Part shown: one piece after another, positions 54,484-64,000 of the stretch | How positions within the stretch are numbered: the stretch's first letter is position 1 | How the letters are laid out: each line of letters opens with the position of its first letter | Assembly: GCA_937625935.1 (NCBI GenBank) | Contig: OW569351.1 | Coordinates: forward strand, 310,001 to 374,000 | Direction: 5' to 3' | Source: Tetramitus jugosus | Taxonomy: Eukaryota > Protista > Heterolobosea | DNA: 64,000 nt | Program-made: the position numbers and the translations under genes | Notes under the pieces: generated by a model | Databases searched by the model: none | The model's input: only the letters and a program-made list of their open reading frames with translations | What the model was told of the DNA's origin: nothing

Positions 54484-55590
54484 ATGAGTGAGATCGATAG
54501 CTCTACCATGTCATCATTTGATCCAAGCCGTCTATTGATTGACAAACATGTTCGTTACTTCAGGACCCATCTGAACTGCTTCCCTCATGTCTATAGCTCT
54601 CAGGATACCAATCGAATGACTCTGGTCTACTTTTGTCTCAGTGCACTTGATTTGATGAACCATTTGGATGATCAGGTATCACCACAAGAGAAACAAGACA
54701 TTATTGAGTGGGTCTATGCTCAACAAGTTGTTCCCGTTGGCTCATCGTCATCTTCTCACTCGGAGAATTGTGGATTCAGAGGTGGAACATTCTTGAACTT
54801 GGGTCGATTGGACAATGGAGATGTTCATCCATTTGATTTTGGACATTTGGCCATGTCGTATGTTGCCTTGGCTATTCTGACAATGTTGGATGATGATTTG
54901 TCACGTGTCAACAAGGAGGCTATTACGAGAGGAATGAAAGAGATGCAACAGGAGAATGGATGTTTTAAACCTTGTGCTGCATCGGGTGAAGTCGATGTTC
55001 GGTTCATTTTTTGTGCTTGCGCCGTGTCATTCTTCTTGAATGATTGGTCAGGTATTGACATTGACAAGGCAGAACAATATATCCTGAGTTCGAGAGGGTA
55101 TGACTACGCGTTCTCTCATGGACCCGGACTGGAGTCGCATGGTGGATCTACCTATTGTGCTTTGAGTGCACTGTTGCTCATGGGTCGATTGAATCGATTG
55201 GACCACAGAACCGAGTTGATTGAATGGCTGTTGCGGAGACAAATCTCTGGCTTCCATGGGAGACCGCAAAAGGACCCAGACACATGTTATTCATTCTGGG
55301 TTGGAGCTTCTTTGAAAATGCTGAACAATAGTCTCCAGTATGCTGATCCATCAGCTTCTTTTGAATTTACAAATGTGTGCCAGAGCGAACGATTCGGTGG
55401 AATATCCAAAGTACCTCGTGTACATCCTGATATCTTGCACAGTTACATGGGCCTGAGTGGAATTGCATTGTTGGAAGTGTTTGATGACAGTGTTGTTCAG
55501 AGATTGTATGCACCACTGGGACTATCGATGAGATCCGCCCGCAAGCTCAACAGAGAACTCCCAGTAATGCAGGAAGAAGACCACTTGTAA
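54484..55590 (+). CDS. PGGT1B: Geranylgeranyltransferase type I beta subunit
   Basis: DTNRMTLVYFCLSALDL, GFRG, EVDVRFIFCA, ESHGGSTYCAL, GFHGRPQKDPDTCYSFW, PDILHSY. Confidence 0.93.
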   Translation: MSEIDSSTMSSFDPSRLLIDKHVRYFRTHLNCFPHVYSSQDTNRMTLVYFCLSALDLMNHLDDQVSPQEKQDIIEWVYAQQVVPVGSSSSSHSENCGFRGGTFLNLGRLDNGDVHPFDFGHLAMSYVALAILTMLDDDLSRVNKEAITRGMKEMQQENGCFKPCAASGEVDVRFIFCACAVSFFLNDWSGIDIDKAEQYILSSRGYDYAFSHGPGLESHGGSTYCALSALLLMGRLNRLDHRTELIEWLLRRQISGFHGRPQKDPDTCYSFWVGASLKMLNNSLQYADPSASFEFTNVCQSERFGGISKVPRVHPDILHSYMGLSGIALLEVFDDSVVQRLYAPLGLSMRSARKLNRELPVMQEEDHL

Positions 55591-55768
55591 CTTAGAAAAG
55601 CGTAATATATATTTATTCACACAGAGCAATAACTTATCTCGTCGTTATTGACATGTTGTTAAACACAGAGCGTTTATTGAAAGAAGCAAAATAAACATCT
55701 CTTTTTCTTGTCGACTGCCTAGTATGTACACTTTCGGCACGCACTTTTATGGTAATATAGTTTATGTC

Positions 55769-56864
55769 TTAGAAATAGTATCTTTGCTTCTTCACTGCCG
55801 GCTTCAAGATTTGGAAGCTACACATCAATGTCTCATCCACACTCATCATTGCACCAGCGTTATCAAATTCATTACAGTAGTTTGGTGCTGAAAATATTGT
55901 AACTAGCTGCCGTTTGGCAAAGAATTTGTATCCGTCTTCAACGACTTGATGCGCTCTACAAATCAAGTCCAAATCGTGTTTTTTCAGGAATTTTTCAACG
56001 ATATCACTTCCAAAGGTGAACGACACTCCTCGGTCATTCTCTCCCCATCCATTAATGCCATCTTCAGGGTCGGACCAAAGCAAATCACACAATAGACCAC
56101 TGTCAGGAACATCTGTTGGTCTCATGACCTTTCTAATTTGTTCCATATTGTGAAGTTCTGGACTCAAACCACCATGCATACAGAAAATCTTTTCGTCAAC
56201 AATTGCGGCGACTGGCATACAATTGAAGCATTCGGTGAAATTCTTCCATAATCGAACATTGTATCTACGCTTGCCTGTTATTTGTCGAGATTAGTGTTGT
56301 TATTGGTAAAAATGGAGTGTCAATGATGGCTCGTTCGACGGTTGAAAATTTTTCGCCCAAAAAAAAAGCATGCGACAACTTACATTCATCATGGAATCCA
56401 TAAATCCTGTTAATGGAAGCACATTCGTGATTTCCTCTCAACAAGAAAAAGTTTTCTGGATATTTGATTTTGTAGGCGAGCAAGAGACAAATGGTCTCCA
56501 AGCTCTGCTTTCCTCTGTCAACATAATCACCTAGGAATAGGTAGTTTGCCTCAGGCGGGAAACCGCCATATTCGAATAGACGTAATAAATCATAGTATTG
56601 TCCATGTATATCACCTGTGTTTCATGAGAAAAAATATGAGTTTTTCTGTGTTGGCAAAATGGATAAAATGAGCAAAGCGAGAGACGTACCACAAATTTTG
56701 ATTGGTGCTTCGAGTTCAAGTAGACCTGGTTGTTTCAAAAAAATTTCTCTGCTCTTCATAATAATGCCTCGGATTTCGTTTTCAGTCAAAGCAACGTTCT
56801 TGCCTGGTCTGCTTCCACGAACTTCCAAAAGCTTACTTATAATTACGTCGATATCAATGTCCAT
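55769..56864 (-). CDS. PP1: Protein phosphatase 1 catalytic subunit; 3 exons (56864-56690, 56614-56384, 56274-55769)
   Basis: PIKIC|[46 protein letters not shown]. Confidence 0.97.
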
Positions 56865-57413
56865 CTGTTGTTGTTTTGCGAAATGTATTAAACGATGAAA
56901 GGTGTTTCAACGGTTTTTTGTGGTGGTTGGTGTGTGATAGAATAAAGAAGGATAGTCTTAAAACTGATTTAGCGAAGAGCAACAACAACAACAGTAGCTT
57001 TTTTTTGGTTGAAAAAGGACGGTACGGATTGATGGGTTGTGGTCGCGTGTCAGTTGTGGTGGTCTTTTGTGTCGTGGGAAATGAGCGCGTAACAGAATTT
57101 GTTGAAGGCGCCGAAAAGTCATGGTTGACCAAGAATCAGACGTTACAATAAATGTCCCGCCAGAATTTTTATTCGCGCAATCAATCAATGATGGATGATG
57201 GCGATCATCTACGGTAGAGGTGGTGGGTCAGAGTTCTGGCCGTGAAGTACAATTCATTTCACCTTTTACGTGTCCCTTCACAACTATCAAAAAACGTTCA
57301 ACCAACCAAAGCATCCCTTCATCTTCGTGCTGTGAAGGAACAAGTTTAGCTTCAAATAAAAAAAGTTTTTTTGAGCGTGATCACAAAAACCAGGAAAAAA
57401 GAAAAAACAACCA

Positions 57414-58508
57414 ATGAGCGATAACAACTCCAATCAGACGACAACGTCAACTCTTTCCACACAAAACGTGGCTGATTCCATTCTTTTGCGTCTCACTGAT
57501 CCCCAAATCAATGAAAACACTGCACTGCGCAGTCAACTGAGAGGCAATCCACATGCTGCACTGTCCTACATTCTTCATTTACTCATGGTTCAACGAGGTT
57601 TTCGTCTCGTTGGTCTCAGTGAGTCCGATCCTGTGAGAGAGCTCGAAGAAGGTGATGATGGAAGTGTTCCTCCCAATCAATGGACACAGAGTCACGATGT
57701 ATATAGCTTCAAGTACAAGCACTCTCAGAGTGCAATGACATTTGTTTTAAAGTGTGTTGTGCTGGGTGATCGATTGTTGATTCATGCGTTGGCACTGGAG
57801 GATAAGAAGCCTTATGCATGGGAGATGAATGTGGATGAATTTGTGGATTCGGATGAGTTGAACAAGAGTGATTGTAATTTAGTCAATGTATATAAAAAGT
57901 TGGATCATATTGAAACATTGTTCAAGTTGAACATTATGAACAAGTTGGTACCGTTTTTGAACAAGGATGGATATGAACAGAGTTCGACTTCGGTTGCCAG
58001 TACGAGCAGCAGCAGTACGAGCGCTACTGTGACCAGTGGACAGAGACAGAGAATTTCGACAGAAGATGAGGACATGGATTTTGATCCATATGGACCGGAC
58101 GCTGGTCGTTTTCATGATCCTTTGCGCATTGGAAGACCAAATATGAGACCATCGCCATTAATGGAGGGAAGACCCATGTACGGTGGTGTTGGAAGAAGTG
58201 ATTTGGTACCTGATGTAGGAGCGCCTTATTTTAGAGGAGGTCCTGCATCTGGATTCCCTGGTCCTTATGGTGGTGGAAGCATGGTGGGACCAGGACATCC
58301 AATGTTTGGTGGTGGAGGTGGAATGGGAATTCCTAGACCTGGAGCTGGTGGTTTTCCAGCAAGACCACCTAGTGTGCCATATGGTGCTCGGTTTGATCCT
58401 TATGGGCCACCTGGAACAGGTGGTGGAGTGCCACCGAATAGACCAAATCCTGACAATTTGAGACCGCCAACATTTGATGACGACGATGTCAATCCTTACT
58501 TTTTCTAA
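57414..58508 (+). CDS. PSMF1: PI31 proteasome regulator
   Basis: N-terminal FP domain (H..M...GF..VG, W.....YSFKY); Pro/Gly-rich tail with G.SDL.P, GSMVGPGHPMF, VP.GARFDPYGP. Confidence 0.88.
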   Translation: MSDNNSNQTTTSTLSTQNVADSILLRLTDPQINENTALRSQLRGNPHAALSYILHLLMVQRGFRLVGLSESDPVRELEEGDDGSVPPNQWTQSHDVYSFKYKHSQSAMTFVLKCVVLGDRLLIHALALEDKKPYAWEMNVDEFVDSDELNKSDCNLVNVYKKLDHIETLFKLNIMNKLVPFLNKDGYEQSSTSVASTSSSSTSATVTSGQRQRISTEDEDMDFDPYGPDAGRFHDPLRIGRPNMRPSPLMEGRPMYGGVGRSDLVPDVGAPYFRGGPASGFPGPYGGGSMVGPGHPMFGGGGGMGIPRPGAGGFPARPPSVPYGARFDPYGPPGTGGGVPPNRPNPDNLRPPTFDDDDVNPYFF

Positions 58509-58606
58509 GTTATTTAAATAAACAAAAAATTCATATAAATTGGCTTATTATTTTATTCTCTAACAAGTTGAATCTGGGAGACAGGGACAACCAACGCTCC
58601 TCCGAT

Positions 58607-61600
58607 TTACCAGTCACCAACCACCTTGATGAAATCGTCTAATTGTACTTGCGTATCGTTCAAATCCTTCTGAACTTTCTTTCTCATGTAAAACACTGGA
58701 CAATCCTTGTTTGTACATAAAACATCTTGATGCAAGCTTCCTTGGCAACGTTGGCAATGAGTCCAAACTCTCGAATAGATTGTTTCGTAGTGATTACGCT
58801 TGTTGATCAATCCTTGGTAAATGTCAGCCTCCAAATGTTGACAATTTCCACACAAAGTAGGACCATCATCTTTTGTAAGTGTGGTCTTACAATTCAAACA
58901 AGTTGCTTTCTTTTGAGCAAATTTCAGAATACCTCCACCCTTTGGAGTTGGAATGGCAATACTTCTGGCATGTTTTCCAATAAATAGGTCTTCAGGATTG
59001 GGTATGATAGGAGTGAAAATTTGAAGGAGAGGATTCTTGAGTTGATGATCAAGATAGTACTTGGCGTCAATAGGAACATTGTTTTCGAGGGCATAGATTG
59101 GATCTTCACTCTTTTCAAAGGCCTTGGCTCCCTTGTGTGCACTAACGATAACATATGGAACACGATCTCCAACGCGAGGAGCAGTAGCAGGATCTCTCTT
59201 TCTCATTCTTCGGGCCAGCTCAGCGTGAGCTTGCTTTGCGGTATAGTCATCCTCCTTTCTTGTTAGACCCTTAGTAATGACTAGCATTGAAATATCCATT
59301 CTGTTCATAAGAAGATCACTGATCACAGTTTGTGTATATTCTTTGGCCATTTCAACACTCTTCTTTTCTAGAATCAAATGCAAGCAAGTATTGATAACAT
59401 TACGAACGAGAGGACAGTTATCTCTTCTGACAGTAACAATACCCTTGGCATCCATCTTGTCATGTTTCACTGGATTGGTCCAATATAAACCAGCATAACG
59501 CTTCTTGGCAAGCAATAAATATGGGTAGTACACCTTCTCGAATTCCAAACGGATAGGACTAATAAATTCTTTTGACACTAGTTCTGCGGCTTCTCTTCCA
59601 AGGTCCATAGCCTTGGCCATATCACTGATTCCAAACTTGATCATAATAGAGTCAGTATCACCGTAAATAACATCAGCATCATAAGGGAAGCCATTTGATA
59701 TCGTGTAGTGTGTCTTAACAAAGTTGGCAGCATGTGCAATCATCTCTCTACCAAAAGACGTGACCGAGGCAGAAATTTCGATACATGGCAGTTTACCAAC
59801 TGTCGCACCAGTGAAACCATAAACAGAGTTGGCAGAAACCTTGAGTGCAAGCTGTCTACCATCTAACACAGCCTTCTCAACTGGATCTGTTGAGTTCTTC
59901 ATTTCAGCCCTCGCTCTCTTTCTTGCCTCGAGCAACTCCTCCAAAACCTCAGGAAGCAATCCTTTATAAATATGTGGCTTGACAAAGGCATCGCCAGTTG
60001 GGGTTTTGATATAATCATCGGGGTTCAATTTACCCAAATCCTGCTTCTTCACAAGAGTTGTGTAACACAAGTTATGGGCAATCATAATGGATGGATACAG
60101 TGAAGCAAAATCCAAGGTGGTAATGGGAGTATTATAGAAACCAGTTTTAGCATCAAGAACTGTAGCTCCTTCATAGGTATCTGAAGCACTAGGCATCTCA
60201 TTTGGAGGGGGCACAGGCATCAAAAATCCTTCCTTTGCGGCCTTTCTCAGTAACTGTGAAATGACCTTAATTTGTTGACCACGTTGAAGAATAAATACGA
60301 TTGGAATACCTGTCACACGAGCCATTTCAATATAGTTAATAATGATCATTCTATTGTCCAGCAGACGTTGTGGCAGGTAGGCATCCTTCAAACAATAGAC
60401 AGCAAGTCTTCTACGTGTTTCATCATCTCCATTCTGAAGTTGAGTAATGATAGAGTGATGCACATCCTCTTTCTGCTCACCCAAGAAGTGATACGCAACG
60501 TTGTTAAGTGTATATGAACTCAATTTGTGGTCTCTCTGAATAGCTTGAAGAACATCTAGTTGCACACGACCATCAATATTGATATCTTTGCTTTCTCTGG
60601 TACCATAAGCTCTCGATGAAAAGGTAGAGTTCTTCATATTCGATTTCTTACCGGCCAATCTACCGAGAAAACCAAAATTCTTGGCATTGATTTCCTTTGC
60701 TCTGTTGAGAAGATAAGGAAGATCGAAGTTGATGATGTTGTAACCAGTAATGATATCAGGATCAACATTCACTACAAAGTTTCTCCATTCATTCAACATG
60801 TCCCGTTCATTATTGTAGGAGTGAATATCAGCACCTACAATATTGGCACAAGTATTGAGGACGAAAATGTTCTTGACTAGTGGCTCTTTCTCTCCCTGTA
60901 TAGTCACATAATTTGCAATTTGAATCACAGGGTCTTCCTTGGCACTTGGAAAGTGACCTTCTCTACCAGCGCACTCAATATCAAAACTCAATATTCTAAG
61001 AGGAGCAATTTTGAGCCATTCTGGGCTCGTTGGAGAATGACTGACTAAGTTTTCGTAGGAAACGTCAATTTCCAGTTGAACATACGATGTCTTTTCGTGT
61101 TCTTTTCTGACATAGTATTTGTGTGCAGGTGCTTCGACCCAATTGGCTCCAACAATGTCAGAGTCAATCATACATCTGAGAACGAACAATACATTGGACT
61201 CATAGGTCAAGAAGCGACGAGATCCCAGTCCAGGAATGGTGATACCCTTCTCTAACATTGTTCTTAATGGTTTCACAAAACCTGGCATACCAGTATAAAT
61301 CTTGATAAAATTCTTTGGAGTTTTAAAACTATAGTTCAACAAGCTCTTTTGTTGAATAATCTCTAGTGACACAATGTACTCCATGTCTTGTCTCGTTTTC
61401 TTGATATTGTTTCTCTCCATTTGTTCAGCCAAATACTTTTGGAACTTGTCTAACTTACCTGGATTGAATCCCTCTGGTAGTTCAATATAGAAATATGGCT
61501 GATAGCCACGGACGTGAGCCAAAACAGAGTGACCCTCGGCAGTCACACCATACAAACGCACAATTGGCACTGAGCCAGAAGATGGCCCCGGGTAACCAGG

Positions 61601-61975
61601 CTTTTGACTGCCAATATAGTAATCAGAGTCCATTTGTTGAAAGGCAAGACCAATACTAGAGCTCATATATGGACTATCTGGGGCTACAACTGGTCTTCTC
61701 CAGTGCGATTTCAATGGCGGAGGCATCTCAACAGCGGCAGCTTTTGCGTTCTTGTCCTTGATATCAGCTGGTAATTCAACTTCAACGTCTTCTTCTTCTT
61801 CTTCATCTTCACCTGCCATGATTGGTTGATTCTTGGTGGTCACGTTATCAACTTCTTCAACGTCATCACCATCAAACTCAAAACCCTTTCCAGTTTGGTT
61901 TGCACCAGAGTCATCACTTTGTTTTTGTTTCTTGTTGGGGTTGAAAGACACAGCGTTCTTGCGAAAATTGCTCAT
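58607..61975 (-). CDS. POLD1: DNA polymerase delta catalytic subunit
   Basis: SFDIEC exonuclease motif; DFASLYPSIM, KVSANSVYG, YGDTDS; C-terminal CysA/CysB (CQRCQG..CTNKDC). Confidence 0.98.
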   Translation of the reverse strand: MSNFRKNAVSFNPNKKQKQSDDSGANQTGKGFEFDGDDVEEVDNVTTKNQPIMAGEDEEEEEDVEVELPADIKDKNAKAAAVEMPPPLKSHWRRPVVAPDSPYMSSSIGLAFQQMDSDYYIGSQKPGYPGPSSGSVPIVRLYGVTAEGHSVLAHVRGYQPYFYIELPEGFNPGKLDKFQKYLAEQMERNNIKKTRQDMEYIVSLEIIQQKSLLNYSFKTPKNFIKIYTGMPGFVKPLRTMLEKGITIPGLGSRRFLTYESNVLFVLRCMIDSDIVGANWVEAPAHKYYVRKEHEKTSYVQLEIDVSYENLVSHSPTSPEWLKIAPLRILSFDIECAGREGHFPSAKEDPVIQIANYVTIQGEKEPLVKNIFVLNTCANIVGADIHSYNNERDMLNEWRNFVVNVDPDIITGYNIINFDLPYLLNRAKEINAKNFGFLGRLAGKKSNMKNSTFSSRAYGTRESKDINIDGRVQLDVLQAIQRDHKLSSYTLNNVAYHFLGEQKEDVHHSIITQLQNGDDETRRRLAVYCLKDAYLPQRLLDNRMIIINYIEMARVTGIPIVFILQRGQQIKVISQLLRKAAKEGFLMPVPPPNEMPSASDTYEGATVLDAKTGFYNTPITTLDFASLYPSIMIAHNLCYTTLVKKQDLGKLNPDDYIKTPTGDAFVKPHIYKGLLPEVLEELLEARKRARAEMKNSTDPVEKAVLDGRQLALKVSANSVYGFTGATVGKLPCIEISASVTSFGREMIAHAANFVKTHYTISNGFPYDADVIYGDTDSIMIKFGISDMAKAMDLGREAAELVSKEFISPIRLEFEKVYYPYLLLAKKRYAGLYWTNPVKHDKMDAKGIVTVRRDNCPLVRNVINTCLHLILEKKSVEMAKEYTQTVISDLLMNRMDISMLVITKGLTRKEDDYTAKQAHAELARRMRKRDPATAPRVGDRVPYVIVSAHKGAKAFEKSEDPIYALENNVPIDAKYYLDHQLKNPLLQIFTPIIPNPEDLFIGKHARSIAIPTPKGGGILKFAQKKATCLNCKTTLTKDDGPTLCGNCQHLEADIYQGLINKRNHYETIYSRVWTHCQRCQGSLHQDVLCTNKDCPVFYMRKKVQKDLNDTQVQLDDFIKVVGDW

Positions 61976-62081
61976 GTTGTGTTCTTTGTTTCGTTTATTG
62001 TTCTTGTTTGATCTCTTGAGTGTGAAACCGCCAAAAAGCTTTTTGTGATTTTTCTTCGACAAAATTCTAGAAGTAACGATT

Positions 62082-62089
62082 TTTGGCGC
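62082..62089 (+). promoter_or_regulatory. E2F-like site TTTGGCGC upstream of POLD1
   Basis: Matches TTTSSCGC about 110 bp upstream of the POLD1 ATG; second GGCGG-type site at 62028-62036. Confidence 0.4.
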
Positions 62090-62343
62090 GGATGTCGGAG
62101 AAACAGCATTTACAGTTTAGTCCGCCTCCTAGACAGATGACAAATTCATGTTGTCATCCACACATCAAAATACACCATAAATTCCGCGATAGATTGTTCC
62201 ACATGATTGATCCAAAGCATCAACCGAATCCCCACTGCATGCACAGGAGTGGGAGGTGTCCCTTCACAAAAACCAAAATTTCAACACAAACAAAACCACA
62301 AACACAATCACAAACACAACATACACACAGACACATTCTAACC

Positions 62344-63132
62344 ATGACAATCTCTGCTCAACAACTTGAAAAGTTCAACAACCTCGTTGCATCCTCCATT
62401 GATGACCAATCTGAATTCTTCCTCAAGAGCTTCATCTTTGCTCTCGAAGAAAACTGGAAGGAAGTGCCTCAAATTGCCACAAAGTTCAAGAAGACTCTGA
62501 CTGAAGCTGGTGAATCAAGTGAACAAATGAATGAGGCAACTGCTGCCAGTTTCTTGCAAGCCAACGGCAGAACTAGAACTGCTTTGCAGAGAAGAGATGA
62601 GATTCGTGATATCGATCTCGATGACAACAAGCAAATTTCATTCATTGAATACTTGTTGTTGCATTACAAGGGAATGATTCTCTCAGAGTACTACAAGAGA
62701 ATGGAGCAGACTCCTACTGAGAATTTGGAGAATTTTGCGATCGGTGTAACTGGTGTCGGTGAAAAATTGTTGGACGAGTTGTTTACTTTGCCTGTTGGAT
62801 TGGACCCTGCTCTGGAGAGAGCCATTGAAGAGTTCACTGCCACAAAGAAGGCCAGAGAAACTAGATTGAAGGATTTGGAAGCAAAGGCCAGTCAAGGTGG
62901 TGTCAAGGGCATTGCCGCCAAGAATGAAATTGCTCAAATGGCCAGCGAAGATGTGACTGAGATGAACAGAATGGAAATTTCTTTGAACTCTGCAAAGAAG
63001 AGAGGCGCAAAGCAAAGCGGTGAAGTTGCTCTTGCTGAGAAGAAGAAGGTTGAAGAAGAGGAGCAGAAGAAGAAGTTGGAAGATGGAAGAAATGCAATGA
63101 AGAATAGAGCTGCCTTGTGGGAAAGCAAGTAA
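62344..63132 (+). CDS. EF-hand calcium-regulated actin-bundling protein (Dictyostelium ABP34-like)
   Basis: Q..FFL, RTALQRRDEIRDIDLDDNKQISFIEYLL..YK, GGVKGIAAKNEIAQM. Confidence 0.8.
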   Translation: MTISAQQLEKFNNLVASSIDDQSEFFLKSFIFALEENWKEVPQIATKFKKTLTEAGESSEQMNEATAASFLQANGRTRTALQRRDEIRDIDLDDNKQISFIEYLLLHYKGMILSEYYKRMEQTPTENLENFAIGVTGVGEKLLDELFTLPVGLDPALERAIEEFTATKKARETRLKDLEAKASQGGVKGIAAKNEIAQMASEDVTEMNRMEISLNSAKKRGAKQSGEVALAEKKKVEEEEQKKKLEDGRNAMKNRAALWESK

Positions 63133-63444
63133 ACACTGTTGAAGGATCGATCCCTCATGTACAACCAACAACAACAGCATTACTGATCATTATCACAAGA
63201 TAATAACAAAACGTTTACTTCTCAGAGTTGTGAACAACAAGTGAGACAAACAAACACGTGTGAATAAAAAAAATGAAAATAATCTAAATTGATCTTGATT
63301 GACATTTTGTCTGTCGATTGGAGGGATTGATCTTGGCGCCATATGATTCGCCCGAACATTACAGTTTTCCATCTCGAATCATCCTGTTGTTCAAAGTGTT
63401 ATCTGCCTGAAACACGAGATCAATCTTCGATACAAAACTAAAAA

Positions 63445-63918
63445 ATGGCGAGGATCCACAAGACATTATCAGAGGAAGAGCTAAAAGAATTCAAGGAGAT
63501 TTTTGACCTAGTTGATGGTGATGGAAGTGGCGAGATTTCAAAGGAAGAACTAGGAAAACTCATGGAAACTCTCGGGTTGAAACCAACGAGCCAACAATTG
63601 GACGAAATGATGAAAGAAGTGGATGCGGATGGTTCAGGTGATATTGACTTTAATGAATTTGTAACAGTAATGAGCAAGCAGGTGAAGGCAGATTACACTC
63701 CTGAGCAACTAAGAGCTGCTTTTGCAGTCTTTGAATCACCTGATGATAACCTAGGAGCAGGATGGGTGAGAACCGATGTTCTAGAGCACGCACTGACGAC
63801 TTATGGTGAAGATACACTCACACAAGAGAAGGCTGCAGAACTATTACTGACTGTTGATCCTGAAGGAACAGGAAAGGTCAACTATCTTGAATACATCAAC
63901 ATGATGAGCACTCAATAA
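63445..63918 (+). CDS. Calmodulin-like EF-hand protein
   Basis: DGDGSGEISKEE, DADGSGDIDFNEF, degenerate EF3, DPEGTGKVNYLEY. Confidence 0.9.
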   Translation: MARIHKTLSEEELKEFKEIFDLVDGDGSGEISKEELGKLMETLGLKPTSQQLDEMMKEVDADGSGDIDFNEFVTVMSKQVKADYTPEQLRAAFAVFESPDDNLGAGWVRTDVLEHALTTYGEDTLTQEKAAELLLTVDPEGTGKVNYLEYINMMSTQ

Positions 63919-64000
63919 ATTAAAAAACTGTAACATAGAGATAAATCTAGTCATGAATTGGATGAAAAAGGTATTCCACCAATATCAGCCTTAGAACGGT

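Noticed and set aside
62083-62343. N-terminal extensions given by the ORF track (also 8750, 10885, 18374, 54301, 62062)
   Set aside because: They start at non-ATG codons and translate A/C-rich 5' leaders; downstream ATGs match the family N-termini.

Overview
Gene-dense eukaryotic nuclear DNA with few, short GT-AG introns, very short intergenic spacers and CAA-rich leaders/poly-Q tracts. The gene set (mitochondrial HslU, ABP34-type actin bundler, WDR17, F-box/LRR proteins) suggests a free-living phagotrophic protist, possibly a heterolobosean amoeba/amoeboflagellate; that assignment is inference. About 33 protein genes are supported, mostly housekeeping (NC2beta, SelO, RPS12, HslU, Pumilio, GpsA, DcpS, MacroD, NDR kinase, WDR74, beta-CA, WDR17, NDUFAF7, Cid1-type TUTase, GGTase-I beta, PP1, PI31, POLD1), plus two identical tRNA-Val(AAC) genes and a solitary 5S rRNA gene. 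Three things stand out. (1) Between the two tRNA genes, two different poly(A)-tailed non-LTR retroelements sit in tandem at the same target site 28-44 bp upstream of tRNA-Val, with nested 7-bp and 15-bp target-site duplications that give the insertion order. One is an ORF1-only (RRM + coiled-coil) element and the other a 5'-truncated ORF2 end with a CCHC zinc finger. This looks like a tRNA-gene-targeted LINE system paralleling Dictyostelium TRE5. (2) A 1.1-kaa protein fuses a GT8 glycosyltransferase, an SPPF-type amino-methyltransferase and a GNAT acetyltransferase. (3) A canonical Pumilio gene carries three UGUANAUA sites downstream of its own stop codon.
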